A DNA stretch of 64,000 bases from an uncultured Gemmatimonadaceae bacterium (GTDB lineage: Bacteria > Gemmatimonadota > Gemmatimonadetes > Gemmatimonadales > Gemmatimonadaceae), in contig CAVXGK010000002.1 of NCBI GenBank assembly GCA_963761305.1, forward strand, positions 1,952,001 through 2,016,000, read 5' to 3'. Positions 26,015 through 35,795 of the stretch are shown here, piece after piece; the first letter of the stretch is position 1, and every line of letters begins with the position of its first letter. The translations under genes were made by a program, and so were the position numbers. Below the pieces are notes generated by a model. The model saw nothing but the letters and a program-made list of their open reading frames with translations, made no database searches and was not told where the DNA came from.

Positions 26015-28366
26015 GTGCTTGGACTAGTTCTCGCTGCGTTTCAACTTGCCGGCGCCGTACCGACGCCCACGCGGGCGTCGGTCTACAACGGTCAGAAAGG
26101 TGAGCTGACCGTTTCGTTGCCGCGCATCGACGGACCTGACGCCGACGTGATTATCGACGGTGTGCTCGACGAGGCCGTGTGGCAGCGGGCGGCGTTGCTG
26201 ACGGGATTCTCGCTCTACGCACCGGTCGACTCGCGCCCCGCGCCCGATTCCACCGACGTGCGCGTGTGGTATTCGTCGGAAGCGATCTACTTCGGGATTC
26301 GCGCGTTCGAGCCGCACGGACGCGTCGCCGCCACGCTCGCCGACCGCGACCGCATCTCCACCGACGACAACATCGAGATCCATCTCGACACGTTCGACGA
26401 GCGCAATCGCGCATTCGTATTCATCGTCAATCCACTCGGCGTTCAGGCCGACGGGACGAAGAACGAGGCCGGCGGATTCATTCCGGGCTCGAACGTCGCG
26501 CCGGGCCAGGACGACCTGAGCGCCGACTTCGTGTGGCAGTCGCGCGGGCACGTCGCCGAGTGGGGATACGAGGTCGAGATTCGAATCCCGTTCAGCAGCC
26601 TGCGCTATCCGCTGCGATCGCCGCAACGCTGGGGACTGCAGATCGACCGCCACGTGCAACACAACGGCTACGAGGAAACCTGGACGCCGGCCAAGCACGC
26701 GTCGGCGTCGTTCATCGGGCAGGCGGGATACATCACGGATCTCTCGGGCATGCGACACGGCGAGATCGTGGAGATGAATCCCGAGCTCACGAACACGGTG
26801 AACGGAACGCCGTGCTGCGATCCGGCACTCGATTCCTGGCACTACGCCTCGGCGCCGCGGCTCGGCGGCAACGTGCGGTGGACGCTCGGCAGCAACTTCG
26901 TGTTGAACGGAACGGCGCGCCCCGACTTCTCGCAGGTCGAGGCCGACGCGACGCAGATTGCCGCCGACCAACGGTTCGCGCTCTTCTATCCGGAGAAGCG
27001 TCCGTTCTTCGTCGAGGGCGCTGATCGGTTCAACGTGCCGAACACGCTGGTGTATACGCGCACGATCGTCCAGCCCGACGCGGCGCTCAAGGTCACCGGG
27101 AAGCTCGGGCGGGCGGACTTCGCGGCATTGTCCGCGATCGATCAATCGGGCGGCGGCACGCCGAGTGAGCATCCGCTGGTCGACGTGTTGCGTCTGCAAC
27201 AGAACTTCGGCGACCAGTCGTTCGCGGGATTGCTGTACAGCGACCGCGTGTCGAACGGATTGCAGAATCGCGCGTTCGGCGGCGACACGCACATCGTCTT
27301 CGACAACATCTACTTCGCGCAGTTCCAGGCGGTGGAGAGCGTCACACAATCGAACGGCACGACGCAATCCGGTCCGATGTGGGAGGCGGTGCTGGACGCA
27401 ACGGGGCGGAGCTGGGGATTTCACTACAACGTTTTGGGCATCAGCCCGGAGTTTCGGACCGACAACGGCTTCGTGCCGCGCACGGGATTCGTCCAGCCCA
27501 ACGCGTCGAACCGCATCACGCTCTATGGCAAACCGGGCGCGCTGGTCGAGCGTTTCAACGTCTTTCTCTCGGAAACCGCCCTCTGGGACTACGACGACTT
27601 CTTCAGCGCCAAGCGTCTCCTCGAGGACCACTTCAGCGCGATGATGGGCTGGACGCTGCGCGGCGGTTGGAGCGTGAACGTGTCGCCGAGGCTGTCGAGC
27701 TACGCCTTCGATCGCGGGCCGTATGTTGGTCTGTACGTGCCGTCCGTCGTGGATGGCGCGCCGACGCCGTTCGTCCCGTCGGATCGCATCGAGACGCTGG
27801 TGAGCGGCTTCAGCATCGCGACGCCGCAGTTTCGCACCTGGGCCGCGTCGCTCGGCACGACGCTCGGCAACGACGTGGATTTTCTCGAGACGTCGCGCGT
27901 TCGGCGAACCGACTTGAACGGTGAGCTCGACTGGCGGCCGAACGAACGGCTCCGCGCGGCGCTCACGTACACCGGCAGCGCGTTCACGCGGCGGATCGAC
28001 GCCAAGCGGTCCATGGACGCGCGCATCCCGCGCGTGAAGGTCGAGTATCAGCTCGCACGCCCGCTCTTCGTGCGCGTCGTGTCGCAGTACACGGCGATGA
28101 ATCGCGAACCGCTCGTCGATCCGATCACGGGACAGGTGCTGCTGGTGAGCGGCACCACCGGATTCACGCCGTCGGCGGCGTCGTCGTCGAATACGTTGCG
28201 CACCGACTGGCTCGTTTCGTACCGGCCGGCGCCGGGGACGGTGTTCTTCGTCGGCTACGGCGGAGATCTCGAGGAGACCGACCCGCTGGCCTTCCGCGCA
28301 CTCCGCCGCACCGACGACGCCTTCTTCGTGAAGGCGAGCTACGTGTTTCGACTGCCGGTCTTCTGA
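26015..28366 (+). CDS. DUF5916 / CBM9-like domain outer-membrane protein
   Basis: IDGVLDEAVW, PDFSQVEAD and FYPEKRPFFVEG; C-terminal FFVKASYVF. Confidence 0.87.
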   Translation: MLGLVLAAFQLAGAVPTPTRASVYNGQKGELTVSLPRIDGPDADVIIDGVLDEAVWQRAALLTGFSLYAPVDSRPAPDSTDVRVWYSSEAIYFGIRAFEPHGRVAATLADRDRISTDDNIEIHLDTFDERNRAFVFIVNPLGVQADGTKNEAGGFIPGSNVAPGQDDLSADFVWQSRGHVAEWGYEVEIRIPFSSLRYPLRSPQRWGLQIDRHVQHNGYEETWTPAKHASASFIGQAGYITDLSGMRHGEIVEMNPELTNTVNGTPCCDPALDSWHYASAPRLGGNVRWTLGSNFVLNGTARPDFSQVEADATQIAADQRFALFYPEKRPFFVEGADRFNVPNTLVYTRTIVQPDAALKVTGKLGRADFAALSAIDQSGGGTPSEHPLVDVLRLQQNFGDQSFAGLLYSDRVSNGLQNRAFGGDTHIVFDNIYFAQFQAVESVTQSNGTTQSGPMWEAVLDATGRSWGFHYNVLGISPEFRTDNGFVPRTGFVQPNASNRITLYGKPGALVERFNVFLSETALWDYDDFFSAKRLLEDHFSAMMGWTLRGGWSVNVSPRLSSYAFDRGPYVGLYVPSVVDGAPTPFVPSDRIETLVSGFSIATPQFRTWAASLGTTLGNDVDFLETSRVRRTDLNGELDWRPNERLRAALTYTGSAFTRRIDAKRSMDARIPRVKVEYQLARPLFVRVVSQYTAMNREPLVDPITGQVLLVSGTTGFTPSAASSSNTLRTDWLVSYRPAPGTVFFVGYGGDLEETDPLAFRALRRTDDAFFVKASYVFRLPVF

Positions 28367-28382
28367 GCTCCGTCCGGCGGGG

Positions 28383-28943
28383 CTACGGCTTCACCGGCAC
28401 CATGAGGTGCGCGTACGGAGTGCCCTTCCACATGACATACGGGGTACTCGCGCTCGGCGTCGCGGAATACGAGTCGAGCAGCTTCGTGTCGGGGAGCACG
28501 ACCATCGTGTGTGGCGGTGTCATGACCCAGTTCTGTCCAGCCGCGGGTTTCTTGGCGTAGGGATCTGTGTTGCTCGCGTCGGACCCGCCAAGGAGCATGT
28601 AGGCGACGCCGATCTGTGTTATCGCGGGAGGTTTCTGCGACATGTACCCTTGGAACCACTGCTGCCAAACCTTGTCGACGCACATTGGATCGGGAGCGGG
28701 CGTCGACGGATCGTCAGGCAAACACAGCCAGCCGTTCGTCCCTTTGGCGAGCGTCGTCATCTTCCCGTCTGGCGTCATGTCAGCGATGGTCGCATTGGCG
28801 GAGATCGCCGCGGGCGCGGCCGAACGTGCGCTCGCGATCTTCGCTGACGTGGCGGGTGAGGGCGGATCAGCCTTTTTCTGCGCGTGTGCGGTGGCGGGCG
28901 CCGCGAGGCCGAAGAGGACCGCGATGGTGGAAGCGTGCCGCAT
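28383..28943 (-). CDS. Secreted hypothetical protein
   Basis: Signal peptide; GWLCLP, PMC, AYML, PPH and PYVMWKGTPYAHLM motifs; RBS aaggagag. Confidence 0.8.
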   Translation of the reverse strand: MRHASTIAVLFGLAAPATAHAQKKADPPSPATSAKIASARSAAPAAISANATIADMTPDGKMTTLAKGTNGWLCLPDDPSTPAPDPMCVDKVWQQWFQGYMSQKPPAITQIGVAYMLLGGSDASNTDPYAKKPAAGQNWVMTPPHTMVVLPDTKLLDSYSATPSASTPYVMWKGTPYAHLMVPVKP

Positions 28944-29170
28944 GCTGCTCTCCTTCCCGCGTGAAGCGGGGATATGGTGAGGCATTGGCTGCACTGTCGA
29001 CGCAAACCTGACGCGTTAACGCAATGACAGCCCGAAGCCAGCGTCAAGCGGCGGAAACGATTCAGCCATCGAAGTAGCTTCGATCCGCGATGGTCCTTTG
29101 CTATTTCTTTGTGATCAGGTTTCTCTGGAGCCAATGGGCCGAGCGACAGTCGGAAACAGTGGGCGCCTCG

Positions 29171-29461
29171 TCATTGGCGCGTGACGTTCGTGGCGCGCGC
29201 CTCGCGCTCGGCCTGAGACCGGGCGATGCCGCCGAAGGTGAGCACCCAGCGGAATGCGACGCGAATCGCTCGCGCGGCGGGCGAGAGGAAGCGAATGTTC
29301 ATCGCGAGCGCGAGCTTGTCGGCGCCGACCACGATCACGTAGAACAGCCCAACCACGCCGAGAGCCACGAGCCAGAGCGGAAAGACGATGACGAAGATGA
29401 TGATGATGAATGGCAGAAGGAGAATCGGGACGATGGGGAGCAGTCCCAAGCCGAGTTGCAC
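29171..29461 (-). CDS. Small membrane protein
   Basis: Very hydrophobic N-terminal half; RBS ggag before GTG. Confidence 0.65.
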   Translation of the reverse strand: MQLGLGLLPIVPILLLPFIIIIFVIVFPLWLVALGVVGLFYVIVVGADKLALAMNIRFLSPAARAIRVAFRWVLTFGGIARSQAEREARATNVTRQ

Positions 29462-29526
29462 GTGATGCTCCGGTTAGGTTGATGACGATGCGAATTGGCG
29501 CCCATAGGTCCTTCTATAAAGTAGAG

Positions 29527-29566
29527 GGTGGACGGGTGGACCGGTGGACCGGTGGACCGGTGGACC
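29527..29566 (+). repeat. 8-bp GGTGGACC tandem repeat (5 units)
   Basis: ggtggacg followed by (ggtggacc)x4, at the 5' end of the GH3 gene. Confidence 0.8.
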
Positions 29567-32241
29567 GCGAAAACGCGCGGCGGTGGTGGTGGTCGGTGTC
29601 AGCCATTCTCGCGCTCGCCTGGCAGCTCGCGCTGTCGAACTCGGCGTTCGCGCAAGCCGGTGAGGCCACACCCTATCGTGACGCGTCGAAGCCGGTCGCT
29701 GAGCGAGTGCGGGATCTCCTCGGACGGATGACGCTGGAAGAGAAGTTCTGGCAGCTGTTCATGATCCCCGGCGATCTCGACGATCCGTCGAACGACTACT
29801 CGCACGGCGTCTTCGGGCTGCAGATCTCGCCGGCGCGCGACACGACCGATCCCGCTCGCGCGCACGCCAAGCGCATCAACGACATCCAGCGCTACTTCGT
29901 CGAACGGACTCGGCTCGGCATTCCCATCATCCCGTTCGAGGAAGCGGTGCACGGACTCGTACGACCCGGCGCGACGGCGTTTCCGCAGGCGATCGGCCTC
30001 GCCGCCACGTGGGACACGGCGCTCATGACGCGCGTGGCGACGGCGATCGCGAGCGAGACGCGAAGCCGCGGAATCCGCCAGGTGCTGTCGCCGGTGGTGA
30101 ACATCGCCAACGATCCGCGGTGGGGACGCGTCGAGGAGACGTACGGTGAGGATCCCCTGCTCTCTTCGCGCATGGCGGTGTCGTTCGTGAGCGCGTTCGA
30201 GCGAGCCGGGGTCGTCGCGACGCCGAAACACTTCGTCGCCAACTTCGGAGACGGCGGCCGTGACAGCTATCCGATCGACTTCGACGCACGGCTGCTGGAC
30301 GAGATGTACTTCCCGCCGTTTCTCGCCGCGATCAAGGAGGGACACGCGCGGTCGGTGATGAGCGCGTACAACTCGGTCGACGGCTCGCCGGCGACGCAGA
30401 ATCGCGCGCTGCTCACCGACAAGCTGCGCCGTGAGTGGGGCTTACAAGGATTCGTCATCTCCGACGCGGCGGCCACCGGCGGCGCGACCGTGCTGCATCA
30501 CACCGAAGCGAGCACCGCCACCGCGACGACAGATGCGTTGAACGCCGGACTCGACGTGATCTTCCAAAGCTCGTGGCCGCAGCATCGGCCGTATCTCGAC
30601 GCATTCAAGCGCGGCCTGATTCCCGACTCCGTGATCGACGCCGCCGTCGCGCGCGTGCTTCGCGCCAAGTTCGAGCTCGGCCTGTTCGAGCATCCGTACG
30701 TGGACGTGGACAGCGCGAAGACGTTGAACGGCAGCGCCGAGCATCGTGCGCTCGCGGTCGAGGCGGCGCGCGAGTCGATCGTACTCTTGAAGAATGACGG
30801 CGGCGCGCTGCCCCTCGCGAAGTCGGTGCGGACGATCGCCGTGATCGGCACCGACGCGGTCGAGGCGCGACTCGGCGGATACAGTGGGCCGGGAAACCAG
30901 AAGATCTCGATTCTCGACGGGATTACCGCCGCGCTGCACGCGCACGCATCGGACGGAGTCGTGCGCTACGCGGCGGGACCCGGGCGCATCTCACGCGAAT
31001 ACGTCGTCGTGGCGGCGGAGGCGCTGTCGTCGACGGACAGCGGCCGCGCGGTGCGCGGCCTGCACGCCGATTATTTCGACAACAATCGTCTCGACGGCGC
31101 GCCGAGAATGACGCGGACCGATGCTCGCGTCGACTTCGGATGGACGCTCAATTCACCGGGGCGCGGAATTCCCTTCGACTGGTACTCGGTGCGATGGACG
31201 GGTCGCGTCACGGTGCCGGCGAGCGGCGTGAAACGCATCGGCGTCGAGGCAAACGACGGGTATCGGTTGTTCCTCGACGGGAAGTTGTTGATCGACGACT
31301 GGGAGAAGCGGTCGTACGGGTCGCGGCTGGCCAATGTGACGCTCAAGCCCGGCACCACGCACGACCTGCGGCTCGAGTACTTCGAGAGCACGGGCAACGC
31401 GCGTGTGAAGCTGATCTGGGACGCCGGCGTGAAGGACGATTGGCGCTCGACGATCGACTCGGCGGTCACGATCGCGCGTCGCTCGCAGATCGCGGTCGTC
31501 GTCGCGGGACTCGAGGAGGGCGAGTTTCGCGATCGGGCCATGCTTTCGCTTCCGGGGCATCAGGAAGAACTCATCGAGCGGGTCGCCGCGACGGGTCGCC
31601 CGACGATCGTCGTGCTGGTGGGCGGCGGCGCGATCACGATGAGCCGCTGGCTGGATCGCGTGCCCGCGGTGCTCGACGCGTGGTACTCGGGCGAGATGGG
31701 CGGCCGAGCGGTGGCCGACGTGCTGTTCGGCGACTACGACCCGGCGGGTCGCCTGGCGACGACGTGGCCCGTTTTCGAGGGACAGCTGCCCCTGTATTAC
31801 AACCACAAGCCCACCGGGCGCGGCGACGACTATCTCGATCTCACCGGCCAGCCGCTCTTTCCGTTCGGCTACGGGCTGAGCTACGCGACATTCGAGTATT
31901 CTGATCTGTCGATCCAGTCGCCGGAGATTCCGCCCGGCGGATCGACGGTCGTGAGATGCCGGGTGAAGAACACCGGCCAGCGTGCCGGCGATGAGGTCGT
32001 CCAGCTCTACGTTCGGGACATCCTTGCGTCGGTGGCTCGTCCGGTGATGCAACTGGCCGGTTTCCAACGCGTGACCCTGAAGCCGGGCGAGTCGCAGGAC
32101 GTGAGTTTTTCGCTCGGGCGCGAACAGCTGCAGATGCTCGACCGCAACCTGCATTGGGTCGTCGAGCCCGGCACGTTCCGCGTGCTCATCGGTGGGTCGT
32201 CACGCGACATCCGTCTTCGCGGGGACTTGGTGGTGCGTTGA
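29560..32241 (+). CDS. Glycoside hydrolase family 3 (beta-glucosidase/xylosidase) with PA14 and Fn3-like domains; start uncertain
   Basis: RLGIP, WGRVEETYGEDP, KHF, MSAYN, VISD, PLFPFGYGLSY, EVVQLY. Confidence 0.93.
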   Translation: MDRENARRWWWSVSAILALAWQLALSNSAFAQAGEATPYRDASKPVAERVRDLLGRMTLEEKFWQLFMIPGDLDDPSNDYSHGVFGLQISPARDTTDPARAHAKRINDIQRYFVERTRLGIPIIPFEEAVHGLVRPGATAFPQAIGLAATWDTALMTRVATAIASETRSRGIRQVLSPVVNIANDPRWGRVEETYGEDPLLSSRMAVSFVSAFERAGVVATPKHFVANFGDGGRDSYPIDFDARLLDEMYFPPFLAAIKEGHARSVMSAYNSVDGSPATQNRALLTDKLRREWGLQGFVISDAAATGGATVLHHTEASTATATTDALNAGLDVIFQSSWPQHRPYLDAFKRGLIPDSVIDAAVARVLRAKFELGLFEHPYVDVDSAKTLNGSAEHRALAVEAARESIVLLKNDGGALPLAKSVRTIAVIGTDAVEARLGGYSGPGNQKISILDGITAALHAHASDGVVRYAAGPGRISREYVVVAAEALSSTDSGRAVRGLHADYFDNNRLDGAPRMTRTDARVDFGWTLNSPGRGIPFDWYSVRWTGRVTVPASGVKRIGVEANDGYRLFLDGKLLIDDWEKRSYGSRLANVTLKPGTTHDLRLEYFESTGNARVKLIWDAGVKDDWRSTIDSAVTIARRSQIAVVVAGLEEGEFRDRAMLSLPGHQEELIERVAATGRPTIVVLVGGGAITMSRWLDRVPAVLDAWYSGEMGGRAVADVLFGDYDPAGRLATTWPVFEGQLPLYYNHKPTGRGDDYLDLTGQPLFPFGYGLSYATFEYSDLSIQSPEIPPGGSTVVRCRVKNTGQRAGDEVVQLYVRDILASVARPVMQLAGFQRVTLKPGESQDVSFSLGREQLQMLDRNLHWVVEPGTFRVLIGGSSRDIRLRGDLVVR

Positions 32242-32280
32242 GGCTGTCGGTCGGGAAACCTCCGCGCGCCGAATCGGCTG

Positions 32281-32383
32281 CCGCGGGAACAGAACACAAA
32301 CTGAGTGAACACAACGGATAGGGTATTATTTGACCTTCTCCGTTGTTGTCGGTTCACTCCGTTAGTGTCTGTTTCATTCGCGG
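32281..32383. repeat. Palindromic intergenic element (ACACAAACGGA family), copy E
   Basis: gaacagaacacaaactgagtgaacacaacgga pairs with tccgttgttgtcggttcactccgttagtgtctgtttc. Confidence 0.75.
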
Positions 32384-32498
32384 CTGCACGCCGGGCGCAA
32401 CAGTGTTTCCCGCTCGAGCTGGCCGCGCCGGCGTTTGTGACGGTTGTGCGTCAATCCCGTGACAATTGGCCGACGTCAGTGCCCGGACGGGAATCCAA

Positions 32499-32516
32499 GT
32501 GTCATAATATCGTAGG
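32499..32516 (+). promoter_or_regulatory. Possible Pho box
   Basis: gtgtcataatatcgtagg resembles the CTGTCAT-A/T4-CTGTCA consensus; further gtgac half-sites lie nearby. Confidence 0.4.
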
Positions 32517-32545
32517 GCTCATCCTGCGACCTGTGACAACCGCCT

Positions 32546-33415
32546 ATGCACTATCGCGCTATCTGGATCTCCGACGTGCACCTGGGTACCAAACACGCCC
32601 AGGTCGGCAAACTCCTCGAATTCCTCCGCGACACCGAATCCGCCCACCTCTATATCGTGGGCGATTTCATTGATGGGTGGCAGTTGCGCCGCAAGTGGTT
32701 CTGGGACGACGATTACAACACGCTGATCCAGAAACTCCTGCGGAAAAACCGCAAGCACACCCGGGTGACGTTCATCACCGGCAACCACGACGAGTTCCTG
32801 GAGAAGTTCTTCGGGATCCCGTTCGGGACGGTACAGCTGGCCGAGCGCGCGGTACACACGGGCGCCGACGGGAAACAGTATCTCGTCATCCACGGCCACC
32901 AGTTCGACGGACTCGTGCACTTCAACCGGCTGCTGGAGCGGGTCGGCACGGTGCTGTACGACAAGATCCTCGACATGAATGTCATGATCAACCGGATCCG
33001 CCGCAGCTTCGGCTTCGGCTACTGGTCGTTCGCGTCGTACATCAAGCTGCGGGCGAAGAGCGCGGTGAAGTACGTGACCGACTACGAAGACACGATGCTC
33101 CAGTTCGGCCGCAAGAGCGGGATGGCGGGCGTGATCTGCGGACACATCCATCGCCCCGAGATTCGACAAGTCGGCGACATGACCTACATGAACTGCGGGG
33201 ATTGGGTCGAGAACTGCACGGCGCTGGTCGAGGATTTCGACGGCAACTTCAGCCTCATTCGATTCCATGAGAGTGATGTTCACGGTGCAGGGCGAGGGCC
33301 GGGGGCACATGACCCAGGCGATCGCGATGCAGGAGATGCTGCGGCGACACGGTCATCGCGTCGACGCCGTCCTCGTCGGGTCCAATCAGAACCGGAGCCT
33401 GCCGGCGTTCTTTGA
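32546..33415 (+). CDS. Metallophosphoesterase, PlcP/LpxH-like (UDP-2,3-diacylglucosamine hydrolase family)
   Basis: SDVHLG, GDFIDGW, GNHD, HGH, CGHIH and NCGDWVE motifs. Confidence 0.9.
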   Translation: MHYRAIWISDVHLGTKHAQVGKLLEFLRDTESAHLYIVGDFIDGWQLRRKWFWDDDYNTLIQKLLRKNRKHTRVTFITGNHDEFLEKFFGIPFGTVQLAERAVHTGADGKQYLVIHGHQFDGLVHFNRLLERVGTVLYDKILDMNVMINRIRRSFGFGYWSFASYIKLRAKSAVKYVTDYEDTMLQFGRKSGMAGVICGHIHRPEIRQVGDMTYMNCGDWVENCTALVEDFDGNFSLIRFHESDVHGAGRGPGAHDPGDRDAGDAAATRSSRRRRPRRVQSEPEPAGVL

Positions 33416-34397
33416 GGAGGCGTTCGCCGGACGCGTCCGCCCGATCGCCAGCCCCGGCTTTGCCGTCGCCGGCGGGCGCGGCATCTCTCTCATCGGCTCG
33501 GCGGCGGGCGCGCTGGCGAAAGCGCCGAGCTTCCGGAAGAGCCTCGCCGCGATTCACGAGACGGTCACGTCGGTTCAGCCCGATCTGATCGTCAACTTCC
33601 TCGAGCCGCTGCTCGGCGTGTACAACACGATCCGCCGGCATCACGTGCCGGTGCTCGCCGTCGGGCATCAGTTCATGCTCGACCATCCCGCGTTCGTGCA
33701 AGACCGACAATGGTCGCTCGACCGCCTCGGCATGGGCGCGTACGTCGCGCTGACCGGCGCGCGGTCGGCGCGGCTCGCGCTCTCGTTCTACCGCGCGGAC
33801 GACATGCCGAACCGCCGACTGTTCGTCTGTCCGCCCATTCTCCGACGTCAGGTCTTCGAGCAGCAAACCGACTCGTTCGACGGACACCTGCTGGTCTACC
33901 TGCTCAACCACGGCTACGCGGACGACGTCGTGCGCTGGCACCGCGAGCATCCTCAGGTGCCGATTCACTGTTTCTACGACAAACCGGGCGCTCCGGACGA
34001 AGAGCGGGTCGACGCCCATCTCACGTTCCACAAGCTCCACGGCGAGAAATTCCTGCGCCTCATGGCGTCGTCGCGAGGCGTCGCGTGCACCGCCGGCTTC
34101 GAGTCGGTGAGCGAAGCGGCGTACCTCGGCAAACAGGTGCTCATGATTCCGGTCGAGAATCATTTCGAGCAATACCTGAACGCACGCGACGCCGAGCGAA
34201 CCGGCATCGGGCTCGCGGACACGACGTTCAAACTCTCACGATTGCTCGACCCGGTGCGACCCGGTGTCACGGCCGATTTTCGCCGATGGGTCGATCAGGC
34301 GGAGACGATCGCGATGCGCGCCATCGAGAGTGTCGCCGGTGCCGGGCGCGCGGTCTCCACGCCGAATCCTCCGGAGCTCGCCTCGCGCGCTGGCTAG
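33267..34397 (+). CDS. Glycosyltransferase (MJ1255/VC2487-like, GT-B)
   Basis: VQGEGRGHMTQA, TAGFESVSEAAYLGK, HFEQYLNA. Confidence 0.87.
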   Translation: MRVMFTVQGEGRGHMTQAIAMQEMLRRHGHRVDAVLVGSNQNRSLPAFFEEAFAGRVRPIASPGFAVAGGRGISLIGSAAGALAKAPSFRKSLAAIHETVTSVQPDLIVNFLEPLLGVYNTIRRHHVPVLAVGHQFMLDHPAFVQDRQWSLDRLGMGAYVALTGARSARLALSFYRADDMPNRRLFVCPPILRRQVFEQQTDSFDGHLLVYLLNHGYADDVVRWHREHPQVPIHCFYDKPGAPDEERVDAHLTFHKLHGEKFLRLMASSRGVACTAGFESVSEAAYLGKQVLMIPVENHFEQYLNARDAERTGIGLADTTFKLSRLLDPVRPGVTADFRRWVDQAETIAMRAIESVAGAGRAVSTPNPPELASRAG

Positions 34398-35795
34398 CTA
34401 CGCGAAGAGCTTGATCGCCACCGCGTCAGGCGTCGCGACGGCGGCGTCGATCGTGAGACGCAGACGCTGGACGCGCAGCGGGACGAAGCGGTCGAGCTTC
34501 GCGTAGCCGATCGTCGTACCGTTCGACAGTGGGCGCCACGTGTCTTCCCCTTCCCGCTCGGCGCCCTCCAGCGTGTAGCGCGCCACGCGTTGGCCGCGCG
34601 CGGTGTTCTCGGAGAGACGCGCGATGCCCACCGTGACCGGCTCGGCGAGGTCGATCTCGAGACGCGCGGTTCGGTCGCCGGTCGTGCGCCAATCATGACG
34701 ATGCGCGCGAACGAGATCCTCGGCGAACAGAGCGTCGCGACGCTCGCGGAACTCGCGCAGCCGGGCGACGTCGGTCGCGTGGACGAGGCCGTCGCGTGTC
34801 GGCGGAACGTTGAGCAGCAGCTTGCCGTTCCGGCCGACCGACGTGAAATAGAGATTCATCAAGTCGTCGACCGATCGAACGCGCGCGTCTTCGCTCGGGT
34901 GATAGAACCATCCGGGGCGAATCGAGACGTCCATTTCCGCCGGGCGCCACACCGCACCGAGTGGATCGCCGTGCTGCAGCGCGTCGATGATGCCGGGGCC
35001 GTCGGCGCCTGGGTACGTGACGATCGACGGATTCACCGTCGACCAGTTCGGATCGCCGGCGACGCCGCGCTCGTTGCCGCACCAGCGCACGTCGGGGCCC
35101 GCGTCGGAGAACATCACGGCGCTCGGTTGGAGACGTCGCACGGTGGAGAAGACGCGCGGCCAGTCGTAGACCTGCTTCTTGCCGTTCGGCCCCTCACCGT
35201 TCGCGCCGTCGAACCAGACTTCGGCGATGGGCCCGTAGTGCGTCAGCAGCTCGGTGAGCTGTTCGATGTACAGATCGTTGTAACGCGCCGAGTCGCCGTA
35301 CGCCGGGTTGTTGCGATCCCACGGCGAGAGGTAGAGACCGCACTTGAGGTCTTCGGCCCGGCACGCGTCGACGAACTCGCGCACGACATCGCCATGGCCG
35401 TCTCGGAACGGGCTCGAAGCGACCGAGTGCGTGGTCGTGCGCGTCGGCCAGAGGCAGAAGCCGTCGTGGTGCTTCGCGGTGAGGATCATCGCGCGGAAGC
35501 CGGCGGCGCGCGCGCCGGTCGCCCATTGCCGCGCGTCCAACGACGCCGGCGCGAACGAACGTGGATCCTCGTGCCCGTCGCCCCATTCGCGATCGCTGAA
35601 CGTGTTGACGCCGAAGTGCAGGAACATCGCCAGCTCGTCGCGCTGCCACTCGAGCTGCGGCGAGGTCGGTCGCGGACGACTGTTGGCGATCGGGCCAGAT
35701 TCCTCGCGGGTCCGGATGCACGCGGCGGCCGCCGCCGTCGCGGCGACTTTGACGAACGCGCGACGGGAGAGCCCGCCGCCGTTTCTCATCGTCAC
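34398..35795 (-). CDS. Alpha-L-fucosidase GH29 with C-terminal F5/8-like domain and Tat signal
   Basis: SRRAFVK, HFGVNTF, TAKHHDGFCLWP, YLSPWD, WFDGA, SIRPGWF. Confidence 0.94.
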   Translation of the reverse strand: MTMRNGGGLSRRAFVKVAATAAAAACIRTREESGPIANSRPRPTSPQLEWQRDELAMFLHFGVNTFSDREWGDGHEDPRSFAPASLDARQWATGARAAGFRAMILTAKHHDGFCLWPTRTTTHSVASSPFRDGHGDVVREFVDACRAEDLKCGLYLSPWDRNNPAYGDSARYNDLYIEQLTELLTHYGPIAEVWFDGANGEGPNGKKQVYDWPRVFSTVRRLQPSAVMFSDAGPDVRWCGNERGVAGDPNWSTVNPSIVTYPGADGPGIIDALQHGDPLGAVWRPAEMDVSIRPGWFYHPSEDARVRSVDDLMNLYFTSVGRNGKLLLNVPPTRDGLVHATDVARLREFRERRDALFAEDLVRAHRHDWRTTGDRTARLEIDLAEPVTVGIARLSENTARGQRVARYTLEGAEREGEDTWRPLSNGTTIGYAKLDRFVPLRVQRLRLTIDAAVATPDAVAIKLFA

